Shown here piece by piece: positions 48,719 to 57,555 of a DNA stretch of 64,000 nucleotides (its first letter is position 1; each line of letters starts with the position of its first letter). This DNA is from an uncultured Spirochaetota bacterium (GTDB lineage Bacteria; Spirochaetota; Spirochaetia; SZUA-6; CAVTHK01). The position numbers and the translations under genes are program-made. The notes beneath the pieces were generated by a model. It was not told the DNA's origin and did not search any database. It saw only the letters and a program-made list of their open reading frames with translations. Location of the stretch: positions 416,001 through 480,000 of the forward strand of contig CAVTHK010000001.1 in the NCBI GenBank assembly GCA_963734495.1, given 5' to 3'.

Positions 48719-49605
48719 GCGCGCCTCCGGCGCGCCGATGCCGGCACGTAGAGGAGGAAGCAGAGGATCGCCACGACGATGAGCACCGTGCTCACGGCCG
48801 AAGCGCCGGCGAAGTCGAAGTTGGTGAAGCCCAGCCTGTAGATGAAGAGGCCGAGGATCTCGGAGGCGCCGCCCGGACCGCCCCCGGTCATGATGAACAG
48901 CAGGTCAAAGGAGTTGAAGCCGCTGATCACCTCGAGGATCACGAGGATCACGATGACGTTCCGCAGGCTGGGCAGGGTGATGTGCAGGAACGCCTGCGCC
49001 GCGTTGGTCCCGTCGATCTTGCCCGCGTCGTAGAGGTCCTCCGAGATCCCCTGCATCCCGGCCAGGAGCATGATCATGACAAAGGGGTAGCCGGCCCAGG
49101 CGTAGGCCGTGAGGACGGAGCCGAGAGCGGTCTGCGGGCTGCCGAGCCAGTTCACCGCGAGCGAATCGAGCCCCCACTTCTTGAGAAAGCCGTTGACGAG
49201 GCCGATGTCCGACTGCAGCATCCACCGCCAGGTGTTCGCCGCCACGATCGAGGGGACGGTCCACGGCAGCAGGGCCAGCGTGCGCAGCAGCATCCTTCCC
49301 TTGACCTGGGCGTTGAGGGCAAGAGCCGCCCAGAAGCCGACCGTGAACCGGAAGATGATCGTGCCCACCACCCAGACGAGGGTGTTCCACAGCACCTGCG
49401 GCACCGCGGGCAGGGAGAAGACGCGTGTCACGTTCTGCAGGCCCACCCAGGTCGTGCGGAAGCTCGGCAGCTCGATCTTCGAAAAGCTGTAGATGAAGGT
49501 CCGCACCACCGGGTTGAACATCATGAGGAAGAGCACGATCGCGCACGGAAGCACGAAGAGGTAGGCTGCGGTGTACCCGCGTAACCTTCGGGCGCTGCGC
49601 TTCAA
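48715..49605 (-). CDS. Carbohydrate ABC permease (MalF-like)
   Basis: LLPWTVP, LAGMQGISEDLYDAGKIDG and MTGGGPG; TTG start. Confidence 0.9.
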   Translation of the reverse strand: MKRSARRLRGYTAAYLFVLPCAIVLFLMMFNPVVRTFIYSFSKIELPSFRTTWVGLQNVTRVFSLPAVPQVLWNTLVWVVGTIIFRFTVGFWAALALNAQVKGRMLLRTLALLPWTVPSIVAANTWRWMLQSDIGLVNGFLKKWGLDSLAVNWLGSPQTALGSVLTAYAWAGYPFVMIMLLAGMQGISEDLYDAGKIDGTNAAQAFLHITLPSLRNVIVILVILEVISGFNSFDLLFIMTGGGPGGASEILGLFIYRLGFTNFDFAGASAVSTVLIVVAILCFLLYVPASARRRRA

Positions 49606-49641
49606 TCGGGTCCTCGCTCGCTTTCGGAACTGCGGACTCGA

Positions 49642-49670
49642 GGCGGGCGCCCGGGGTCGCGGCGCCCGCC
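49642..49670 (-). terminator. 10-bp stem-loop between the binding-protein and permease genes
   Basis: GGCGGGCGCC-N9-GGCGCCCGCC. Confidence 0.5.
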
Positions 49671-49701
49671 CTTCGTCACGCGTGACTGTCTGTTTCGAGC
49701 G

Positions 49702-50943
49702 CTACTTCCTGGCGGCGATGTCGTTCATCTGCTTCGCCATGTCGTCGGCGCCCTGCTTCGGGGTCTTGGTGCCCTGGAGGATCTTCTGCAGCTCGTTGAT
49801 GATCACGTTCGACATCTGGCCCCAGGCCGGGGTGTTGGGCAGCAGGCGCGCCCACTTGCCCGCGCGGAAGATCGGCTTGTACTCCGGCGCGTTCCACGGC
49901 GGCGCGGTGGTCGCCGAGATGCGCGCGGGCTGCCGGATCATGAGCGCCGACTGGTTGCGCGGCTCCACGAACCAGAACGCGAACTCGCGGGCCGCCGGCT
50001 GGTTCTTCGTGCCCACGGGCATGGTCAGCGCCCAGCCGCCGCCGCGGTTCCAGCCGTCCGGACTGACTTCGGGCGCCCACTTCACGTTAGGATTGGCCGC
50101 CAGCATCGTGAACTGCGCGGAGCTGCCGGGGAACATCGCCACCTTGTTGTTCATGAACATCGGCACGACGTCCTTGGTGATGGAGAAGTTGATGCTTCCC
50201 TCCGGGGCGACGTGGTACTTGGTGTAGAGCTCGGTCCAGAAGGTGATGCCGGCGAGCCCGCCCGGCTCGTTGAGGAGCGCCGTCTTGTTGTCGGGGGAGA
50301 GGAACTCGCCCTTGTTCGCCCAGACCACGGGCGCGAAAGAAGAGTAGACGTTGGCGGCGTCGCTCGGCGAAGCCGCGATGCCGACGCCGTACTTCTGGCC
50401 GGGGACCGTGATCTTCCGCGCCATCGCGAGCATGTCCTGGTAGGTCCAGCCCTCTTTCGGGTACTGGAGGCCGGCCTCGTCGAACATCGTCTTGTTGTAG
50501 AAGTAGACGCCCGTCGCCCCGCGGTGGGGGATGGCATAGAGCTTGCCGTTGACCACGCTCGCGCTCCAGATCCCCTTGTCGAAGTCCTCCACGTCGAGGT
50601 TTTTGATGTAGGCGTCCCAGGTCTCGAGCAGGTTGCGGCCCGCGACGTCGGCGATCATCGTGGCGTCGAAGGCGATGATGTTCGCGGCGCTCCCGCCGAG
50701 GATCGAAGTGACCATCTTTTCCTGGTAGCCGTTGATCGGGAACACCTCGATCTTGAGCTTGTTGTTGGGGTGCTCCTTCTCGTAGGCGGCGACGACCTTC
50801 TGGGCCGGTTCCCCGTCCCACCAGCTCCCGAGCCAGACGCTGATCGTGACGGGACCTTCGGAGGCCCGCTCCGCGTCGCCGGTGGCGTACGCCAGCGCGA
50901 CGGTCGCCGCGATCAGGACCGACAGAACGACGCTTCTTTTCAC
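49702..50943 (-). CDS. Extracellular sugar-binding protein of an ABC transporter
   Basis: GTG after AGGAG; signal MKRSVVLSVLIAATVALAYA; LYAIPH, YNKTMFDEAGL and WTYQDML. Confidence 0.92.
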   Translation of the reverse strand: MKRSVVLSVLIAATVALAYATGDAERASEGPVTISVWLGSWWDGEPAQKVVAAYEKEHPNNKLKIEVFPINGYQEKMVTSILGGSAANIIAFDATMIADVAGRNLLETWDAYIKNLDVEDFDKGIWSASVVNGKLYAIPHRGATGVYFYNKTMFDEAGLQYPKEGWTYQDMLAMARKITVPGQKYGVGIAASPSDAANVYSSFAPVVWANKGEFLSPDNKTALLNEPGGLAGITFWTELYTKYHVAPEGSINFSITKDVVPMFMNNKVAMFPGSSAQFTMLAANPNVKWAPEVSPDGWNRGGGWALTMPVGTKNQPAAREFAFWFVEPRNQSALMIRQPARISATTAPPWNAPEYKPIFRAGKWARLLPNTPAWGQMSNVIINELQKILQGTKTPKQGADDMAKQMNDIAARK

Positions 50944-51033
50944 GGGGGATCTCCTGTGGAGGCAAGATTGCCGGACGGGAGGCACGGGGTCAAGCTGAAG
51001 GTTGTCAGGCTTGCCTCCCGCCCGGCAACCCGC

Positions 51034-51063
51034 ATGTTAGTGACTTCGGTGCATTCATGTCAA
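51034..51063 (-). promoter_or_regulatory. Putative sigma70 promoter of the ABC operon
   Basis: Minus strand TTGACA (51063-51058), 18 nt, TAACAT (51039-51034), within an AT-rich patch. Confidence 0.6.
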
Positions 51064-51097
51064 TATTTTTCAGCAATCGAAACGTGCCACCCTGAAA

Positions 51098-52129
51098 TCA
51101 GCGCCGGACGCACGCCGCCGTCGATTCGCGGACGATCAGGGGGCTCTCCATCATGGTGTACTGGTCGACCTCGCTCTCCCCCGAAGTCCGGATCTGGTGC
51201 GCGAGGCGCACCGCGAGCTTCCCCATCTCCCGCTTGGGCGGCGAGATCGTGGTCAGAGGCGGGTTTGCGTGGGCCGCCATCGCGATGTCGTCGAAGCCGG
51301 TGATCGAAACGTCGTCGGGGACCCGCACGCGGTGCGCGCGGCAGGAGTGGATGGCGCCGAGGGCCACCAGGTCATTGAAGGCCACCACCGCGGTCGGCCT
51401 CTGCTCCGGCTCGAGGGCGAGGAGCGCGTTCATGTTCTGATAGCCCCACTCGACCGTGGACTCGCCGGTGAGGTAGAGCCCGGGCTCGATCGCGAGGCCC
51501 GCGTCGGCCATCGCCATGTCGATCCCGCGCTTCTTCTCCGCGGAGCTCCCCGAGCTCGCGGGACCGGAAAGGAACGCGAGCCGCGTGTGGCCGAGCTTGA
51601 GCAGGTGCCTGGTCGCCCGGTACATGGAGTCCGCGAAGTCGATCTGGATCGACGGGATGCCCGGACGGACGCTGCGGCGGTTGATCAGCACGAGGGGCAG
51701 ATGCGACCGGTCCTTGAGCGCCATGAGCTGCTCCTCGGTGATCGCGCGGTTGCCGCTGGTCACGATGACGGCCTCGGACGCGCCCCTCGCGAGCCAGCGC
51801 AGCAGCCGGCGCACGTAATCCTCCTGCGGGCTCACGAGGACGAGGTTCACCACGGCGCCGTACTGCAGCGCCTGCTCCTCGATCCCCAGCGCGATCTCGT
51901 GGAAGTAGCCGTTCATCGTGTCCGGGATGAGGACGGCGATCGCGCCCTGGTAGTGGAGCGCGGGCCGCCTGTGCTCGTAGCCGAGCGTGCGGACGGCCTG
52001 CTCCACCTGCCGGCGCAGCTCCGCGCTGATGGGAGGCACGTTGTTCAGCACCCGCGAAACCGACGAGGGCGAAACGCCCGCGGCGCGCGCCACGTCGGAA
52101 ACCGTGGGCTTCCCCGTGACTCTGTCCAT
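51098..52129 (-). CDS. LacI-family transcriptional regulator
   Basis: TVSDVARAAGVSPSSVSRVLN HTH; PTAVVAFNDLVALG, VPDDVSITGFDD, PPLTTI and LIVRES. Confidence 0.95.
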   Translation of the reverse strand: MDRVTGKPTVSDVARAAGVSPSSVSRVLNNVPPISAELRRQVEQAVRTLGYEHRRPALHYQGAIAVLIPDTMNGYFHEIALGIEEQALQYGAVVNLVLVSPQEDYVRRLLRWLARGASEAVIVTSGNRAITEEQLMALKDRSHLPLVLINRRSVRPGIPSIQIDFADSMYRATRHLLKLGHTRLAFLSGPASSGSSAEKKRGIDMAMADAGLAIEPGLYLTGESTVEWGYQNMNALLALEPEQRPTAVVAFNDLVALGAIHSCRAHRVRVPDDVSITGFDDIAMAAHANPPLTTISPPKREMGKLAVRLAHQIRTSGESEVDQYTMMESPLIVRESTAACVRR

Positions 52130-52175
52130 GCAGCCTCGAGTATAGCCAGCCGCCGCGTTCCGCCTTCAAGCCTTT

Positions 52176-53505
52176 TCATGAAAAGACCCGCGGCATTTCG
52201 CGGCGGCGTTCTACACCGGAATCGAGTCCAGGTATCGGCCCCGTGTCGCGGACCACGGCGCCCTGGGAGCGAAGCGTCTCCTGCAGGCGGCGCGACGTCG
52301 AGCCTCCGCGGCGGCACCCCGGCCCTGGCCGCAAGAGCGGCCGCCGTCCCCGCGGCCTGCCCCGCGGCCATCATGATCACCATGCCCCGAAAGGACTCGA
52401 ATGCGATGTGGTCGCCCGACATGCACCGGCCCGCCACGAGCAGGCCCTCGATCCCTCGCGGCAGCAGGCACCGGTAGGGGATGTCGTAGCCGTCGTGCTC
52501 GAGGTAGCGGCGGTAGCCGAAATACCGGAAGATGACGTTGACGCAGACCGCGATGCCGTCGTCGAACTTGCGCCCCTCCAGCACGTCTTCGCCCGTGAGC
52601 ACGTAGTCGCCGACGATGAACTTCGTCTGCCGGATCCCGAGGAGCGGCGGCGTCTCCACGACCCGGGCGCCCGCGAGCGCGGGGTACTTCGCCTGGAGAG
52701 CCGCAAAGTGACGGTAGACCCGCAGGCGCGCGTCGACTTCGCCGCGGGCGAGCTGGTCGCCGCTGCCGCCGTCGATCGGCGCGCTGGTGTACGGGCCCCA
52801 CACGACGATGTCGCCGCCGAACGCGCAGCAGGGGGGCAGCTCCCCGGTCGAGGCGCGCCCGGCGCTCTCGGGCGCGAGCTCGATGCGGTACATCAGGTTG
52901 TCGGTGCAGCTCTTCGGGTCCGCCCGGTCGGTGTCCCGGTAAGGCGCGCCCGCCCTGACCGCGACGTCCGCGTCGCCGCTGCAGTCGACGACGACGCGGG
53001 CGAGCAGCGCCTGGCGGCCGGACTTGTTCTCGACGATCACGCCCCGCACCCTGCCGTCCTCGACGATCGGCGCGGAAAACCAGGTGTGGAACAGCAGGTC
53101 GACGCCGGCGTCCACGGCCATCTTCAGCGTGACGTACTTGAGCTTTTCGGTGTCGACGTTGTAGCTGTACTCGAGCTTTCCGGGCTCGGTCGGGAAGCGC
53201 TTCTGCTGGTAGTGGCTGCCGTGCAGGCCGCCGAGCCTCTTCATCTCGAGGACGATCTCCTCCGCTATGCCTCGGATCACCTGGCGCGCGTCCGGCTCGA
53301 CCTGGTTGCGGAACCCGTTGATGCAGGCCATCAGCGAGGCGGTCGCGGTGCCGCCGAGATAAGGAAAGCGCTCCACGAGGACGGTCGCGGCCCCGTTTCG
53401 CGCGCTCGAGATCGCTGCCGCGAGCCCGGCGGGGCCTCCCCCGACGACGATCACGTCCACGTCGCGCGTCACCGGCAGCTCCTTCTCCTTTTCCAGGTAC
53501 GACAC
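52176..53505 (-). CDS. FAD-dependent oxidoreductase (FAD_oxidored-type); apparent +1 frameshift near 52290
   Basis: GTG after GAGGAGG; DVIVVGGGPAG, VDCSGDADVA, YDIPYRCLLP and AGQAAGTAAALA. The usual ending LDVARLQETLRSQGA appears after removing one base. The 3' end is uncertain. Confidence 0.85.
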
Positions 53506-53597
53506 TTCGCCTCCTCTCGCGAGCGTTGTGCTCCCGGGGCAGTCCCGTGTCAATCGGCCCGGCGACACCCGCCGCCCGCTGCTGCTATATTTGCCGG

Positions 53598-54587
53598 ATG
53601 CTGCATCTCGCCGAGTTTCTGCCGGCCCGTCCCACCCCCCTGTGGAAGATCGTGCGCCAGTGCGGCGTCACGCACGCGGTCGGGGTCATGGATTTCGCGG
53701 CCTACCCGCCCGACGGCCCCGAGAAGCCGTGGGGGCTCCCCGCCCTCAAGGCGCTCAAGGAGGCCTGCGTCCGCGAAGGCTTCACGCTCGCGGTCCTCGA
53801 GAGCCGGCCGCCGCTGACCCGCGCCAAGCTGGGGCTTCCCGGCGGAGACGAGGAGATCGAGACCGCCTGCGAGCTGATCCGCAACATGGGCGCCCTCGGC
53901 ATCCCGGTGTGGTGCTACGAGTGGATGGCGCTCTTCAACTGGCAGCGCACGGACAAGGCGATCCCCTCGCGCGGGGGCGCGCTCGTCACCGGCTTCGACG
54001 AGACGAAATTGAAGGAAGGCCCCCCCGCCGACGCTGCGCTCGCGACCGAGGAGCGCCTGTGGCAGACCCTGGAGCGCTTTCTCCGGCGCGTCCTGCCCGT
54101 GGCGGAAAAGGCGGGCGTGAAGCTCGCGATGCATCCCGACGACCCGCCGCTTTCCCCCATCCGGGGCGTCGGGCGGATCATGCGGAGCGTCGACAACTTC
54201 CAGCGGCTGCTCGACCTCGTGCCGAGCCCCGCGAACGGCATCACGCTCTGCCAGGGCAACTTCGCGCTGATGACCGAGGACGTCCCGGCGGCGATCCGGC
54301 GCTTCGGCCGGCAGGGAAAGATCTTCTTCGTGCACCTCCGCGACGTGCGGGGCACGGTCCGGCGCTTCGAGGAGACCTTCCACGACGACGGCCAGACCGA
54401 CATGCTCGAGTGCATGCGGGCTTACCGGGAGATCGGCTTCGACGGCGTCGCCCGTCCGGACCACGTGCCGACCATGGAGGGCGAGGACAACCAGAGCCCC
54501 GGCTACCAGGCGCTCGGGAGGCTGTTCGCGATCGGCTACCTGAGGGGCCTGCACCACGCGGTCTACGGCAAGGAGCAGCGGCGATGA
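53598..54587 (+). CDS. uxuA: Mannonate dehydratase
   Basis: CYEWM, AMHPDDPP, NGITLCQGNF, IFFVHLRDVRG, FEETFHDDG, RPDHVP and GRLFAIGYLRGL. Confidence 0.9.
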   Translation: MLHLAEFLPARPTPLWKIVRQCGVTHAVGVMDFAAYPPDGPEKPWGLPALKALKEACVREGFTLAVLESRPPLTRAKLGLPGGDEEIETACELIRNMGALGIPVWCYEWMALFNWQRTDKAIPSRGGALVTGFDETKLKEGPPADAALATEERLWQTLERFLRRVLPVAEKAGVKLAMHPDDPPLSPIRGVGRIMRSVDNFQRLLDLVPSPANGITLCQGNFALMTEDVPAAIRRFGRQGKIFFVHLRDVRGTVRRFEETFHDDGQTDMLECMRAYREIGFDGVARPDHVPTMEGEDNQSPGYQALGRLFAIGYLRGLHHAVYGKEQRR

Positions 54588-55604
54588 AGGTCCTGGTCAC
54601 GGGCGGGACGGGCGACGTGGGCCGCGCCGTCGTCGAGCGCCTCGTGCGCTCGGGGCACGACGTGCGGGTGATCGGCCGCAGGGCGGGCCTCGCGATCCAG
54701 GGCGCCGACTACCGCAGCTGCGACGTGCGGGACTACGCCGGGCTGCGCGAGCAGGCGAGGGGAAGGGACGCGATCGTTCACCTCGCCGCGGTCCGCGGGC
54801 CTTCGCTCGCGACCTCCGAGGCGATCTTCGACGCCAACTGCGCCGGGGCCTTCAACGTCTACCAGGCGGCCGCGGTAGAGGGGATCCGCAGGGTGGTGAG
54901 CGCCAGCTCCATCAACGCGCTCGGCTACTTCTTCGGGACCTCGCGCTTCGAGCTGGAGTACCTCCCCGTCGACGAGGGCGCACCCGGTCTGCGCGACCGA
55001 CCCCTACTCCTTCTCCAAGCAGGTCCTCGAGAAGATCGCCGACTACTACTGGCGCCGCGACGGCATCTCGGGCACCTGCCTGCGCCTGCCCTGGGTGTAC
55101 GAGCTCACCGAGGAGCGGGTCACAACGTTCCGCGAGCGCTACCGCTGGGCCGCGGACTGGGCGCCGCGCCTGCTTGCGCTCGGGCCGGCGGAGCAGCGGG
55201 CCTGGATCGACGACCTGCGGGGAAAGATCGACCGCTTCCGCGCCGCACGCTGGATGGAGCGCCGCGAGGAGCACGCCCGGATCCTGGGCGAGGAGGAGTG
55301 GCGCTTCTACTCCGGCTTCCACAACTTCTGGACGACCCTCGATGCCCGCGATTCGGCCCAGGCCATCGAAAAGTCCCTCGTCACCGAATACGACGGCAGC
55401 CACCCTCTTTTCGTCAATGACTCGCTGAACACCGTCGGGGTGCCGAGCCGGGACCTGGCGCGCCTCTTCTTCCCTGAGGTCAGGCGCCTCGGAGCGCTCG
55501 AGGGCGAGGCCAGCCTGGTCTCGATCGACCTGGCCCGGACGCTCATCGGCTTCGAGCCCGAGCACTCGATGGCGGTCGTAGCGGGGCACAAACCCGCGGC
55601 GTGA
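54584..55604 (+). CDS. NAD-dependent epimerase/dehydratase (extended SDR); apparent +1 frameshift near 54977
   Basis: MKVLVTGGTGDVG, IVHLAA and VSASSINA; the YxxxK motif (DPYSFSK) lies in the next frame. The span is 1021 nt, i.e. 3n+1. Confidence 0.85.
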
Positions 55605-55708
55605 CCAGGGCGCGGCCGCCCGGATCGCCCGAACATTCACCCTCCGCGCCAGAAGCCCCCATCAGGGCCGCGTTAGTACATTTGCCCATGATCCCGCAGG
55701 AGGAAGTG

Positions 55709-56428
55709 GTGAGTGCACAGCTCGACCTCACCGAGAGAGGGCGCGGCCCCGACGGCCAGGCCGTGTCGCTCGACCGGAGGCTCTACATGGAGCTGCTGGC
55801 CTTTGGCGGCTCGAGGGACGTCGGCTCGCTGGCCGCGGCGCTCGAGGCGTCGGGGCTCGAGGGCGTGCTGTACGAGGACGTGCACGACCCGAGGGGCGTC
55901 GGGCTGCTCCTTTTCGCCGAGGACCCGGACGCCCTGGTCTCGGCGAGGGAATTCCTCAACCGGCCTCCCTTTGGCGACCTCGAGCTCAAGCCCGAGCTCG
56001 CGATGCTGGGGCGCACGTACGCCGTGGGCTACGAGCGGGACCTCGAGACCGTGCTGCTTCGCAGGCCGCGGCAGAGGGCGTGCTCCCAGCCGTGGGCCGT
56101 GTGGTACCCGCTGCGCCGCTCGGGCACCTTCGAGCAGCTCACCGAGGAGGAGCGGCACGACGTCCTGATGGAGCACGGGCAGACCGGCCGCATGTTCGGC
56201 GAGGCGGACCGGGCTCACGATATCCGCCTGGCCTGCCACGGCCTCGACCGCAACGACAACGACTTCGTCATCGGGCTGGTGGGCCGCGAGCTGCACCCGC
56301 TTTCGATGGTCGTGCAGCGCATGAGGAGCACGCGCCAGACTTCGTCCTACCTCGCGCGTCTCGGGCCGTTCTTCGTGGGCCGCAACGTGTGGAGCCGGAT
56401 GGGTCAGCCCGAGGAGCACCCCCAGTGA
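55709..56428 (+). CDS. chdC: Chlorite dismutase-fold protein, most likely coproheme decarboxylase (HemQ/ChdC)
   Basis: WYPLRR...LTEEER...LMEHG (Tyr-Pro motif and proximal His), GLD...DFVIGL and MRST.QTS...LGPFFVG. First gene of the hem operon; SD AGGAGG. Confidence 0.75.
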   Translation: MSAQLDLTERGRGPDGQAVSLDRRLYMELLAFGGSRDVGSLAAALEASGLEGVLYEDVHDPRGVGLLLFAEDPDALVSAREFLNRPPFGDLELKPELAMLGRTYAVGYERDLETVLLRRPRQRACSQPWAVWYPLRRSGTFEQLTEEERHDVLMEHGQTGRMFGEADRAHDIRLACHGLDRNDNDFVIGLVGRELHPLSMVVQRMRSTRQTSSYLARLGPFFVGRNVWSRMGQPEEHPQ

Positions 56429-57501
56429 AGGACTCGCCCCTGCTCCGCGCCTGCCGCGGAGAGCCCGCGGATCACACCCCCGTGTGGTTCATGCGGCAGG
56501 CGGGCCGGTACCTGCCCGCCTACCGCGCCCTGCGCGAGCGGCATTCCATGATGGAGATGATCGACTCGCCCGAGCTCGCCGCCGAGGCGACGCTCCTGCC
56601 CTTCGGCGAGATCGCCTTTGACGCCGCGATCATCTTTGCCGACATCCTGCCGCCGCTCCGCGGGATGGGCCTCGAGATCTCCTTTGAAGGCGAGGGAGGC
56701 CCGAGGATCGGCAACCCGCTGCGGTCGAGCCGCGACATCGACCTGCTCGCGGCGCCGCCGGCCGAAGAGACGGTAGGCGCCACCCTGGCCGCGATCCGGC
56801 TGGCCGCCGCGGAGCTCGGGCCGCGCGGCGTGCCGCTCATCGGCTTTGCCGGCGCGCCGTTCACCCTCGCGAGCTACGCGGTCGAGGGCGGAGGCTCGCG
56901 CACGTACGAGCGCGTCAAGACGCTGATGTACCGCGAGCCCGCCGCGTGGAAGCGCCTCATGACCAGGCTGGTCACGGTGCAGGCGGACTCGCTCGTCGCA
57001 CAGGCGGAAGCGGGCGCCTCGGCGCTGCAGGTCTTCGACTCGTGGGTCGGCCTCGCGCTCGGGCCGGCGGACTACGAGCGCTGCGTCGCGCCGTACAACC
57101 GCCTGCTCTTCGAGAAGGTCGGCCGCGCGGGAGTCCCGGTGATCAGCTTCAGCACGGGCACGGCCGGCTATCTCCGGGAGGTGGCGGCCTGCGGGGGCGA
57201 CGTCGTGTCCGTGGACTGGCGCGTAACCCTCGACCGCGCGCGCGATCTCATCGGCGGGCGCCCGGTGCAGGGCAATCTCGACCCGACGGCGCTGCTGGCG
57301 CCCTGGAGAGAGCTGCGGAGCAGGATCGACGACGTCCTCGACCGCGCGGCCGGGGCGCCGGGCCACGTGTTCAACCTCGGCCACGGCGTGCTTCCGGGTA
57401 CGCCGGTCGACAACGTGCGCAGGGCCGTCGATTACGTGCACGAGCGCACGGCCGCGGAGCGCGAGGTGCACGAAGCGGGCGAAGCGGCGCGCAGCGCGTG
57501 A
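56425..57501 (+). CDS. hemE: Uroporphyrinogen decarboxylase
   Basis: PVWFMRQAGRYLP, DAAIIFADIL, LIGFAGAPFTLASY, QVFDSW, QGNLDP and FNLGHG. Confidence 0.96.
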   Translation: MKDSPLLRACRGEPADHTPVWFMRQAGRYLPAYRALRERHSMMEMIDSPELAAEATLLPFGEIAFDAAIIFADILPPLRGMGLEISFEGEGGPRIGNPLRSSRDIDLLAAPPAEETVGATLAAIRLAAAELGPRGVPLIGFAGAPFTLASYAVEGGGSRTYERVKTLMYREPAAWKRLMTRLVTVQADSLVAQAEAGASALQVFDSWVGLALGPADYERCVAPYNRLLFEKVGRAGVPVISFSTGTAGYLREVAACGGDVVSVDWRVTLDRARDLIGGRPVQGNLDPTALLAPWRELRSRIDDVLDRAAGAPGHVFNLGHGVLPGTPVDNVRRAVDYVHERTAAEREVHEAGEAARSA

Positions 57502-57555
57502 CCGCGGCCGCCCGCAGGGGCAGGCGCGACCGCGAAACAGGAGACCGAGGCGAAC

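Noticed and set aside
55709-56428. Chlorite dismutase implying perchlorate respiration
   Set aside because: There is no signal peptide, the Tyr-Pro motif is present, and it is coupled to hemE-hemH-hemY, which fits coproheme decarboxylase.
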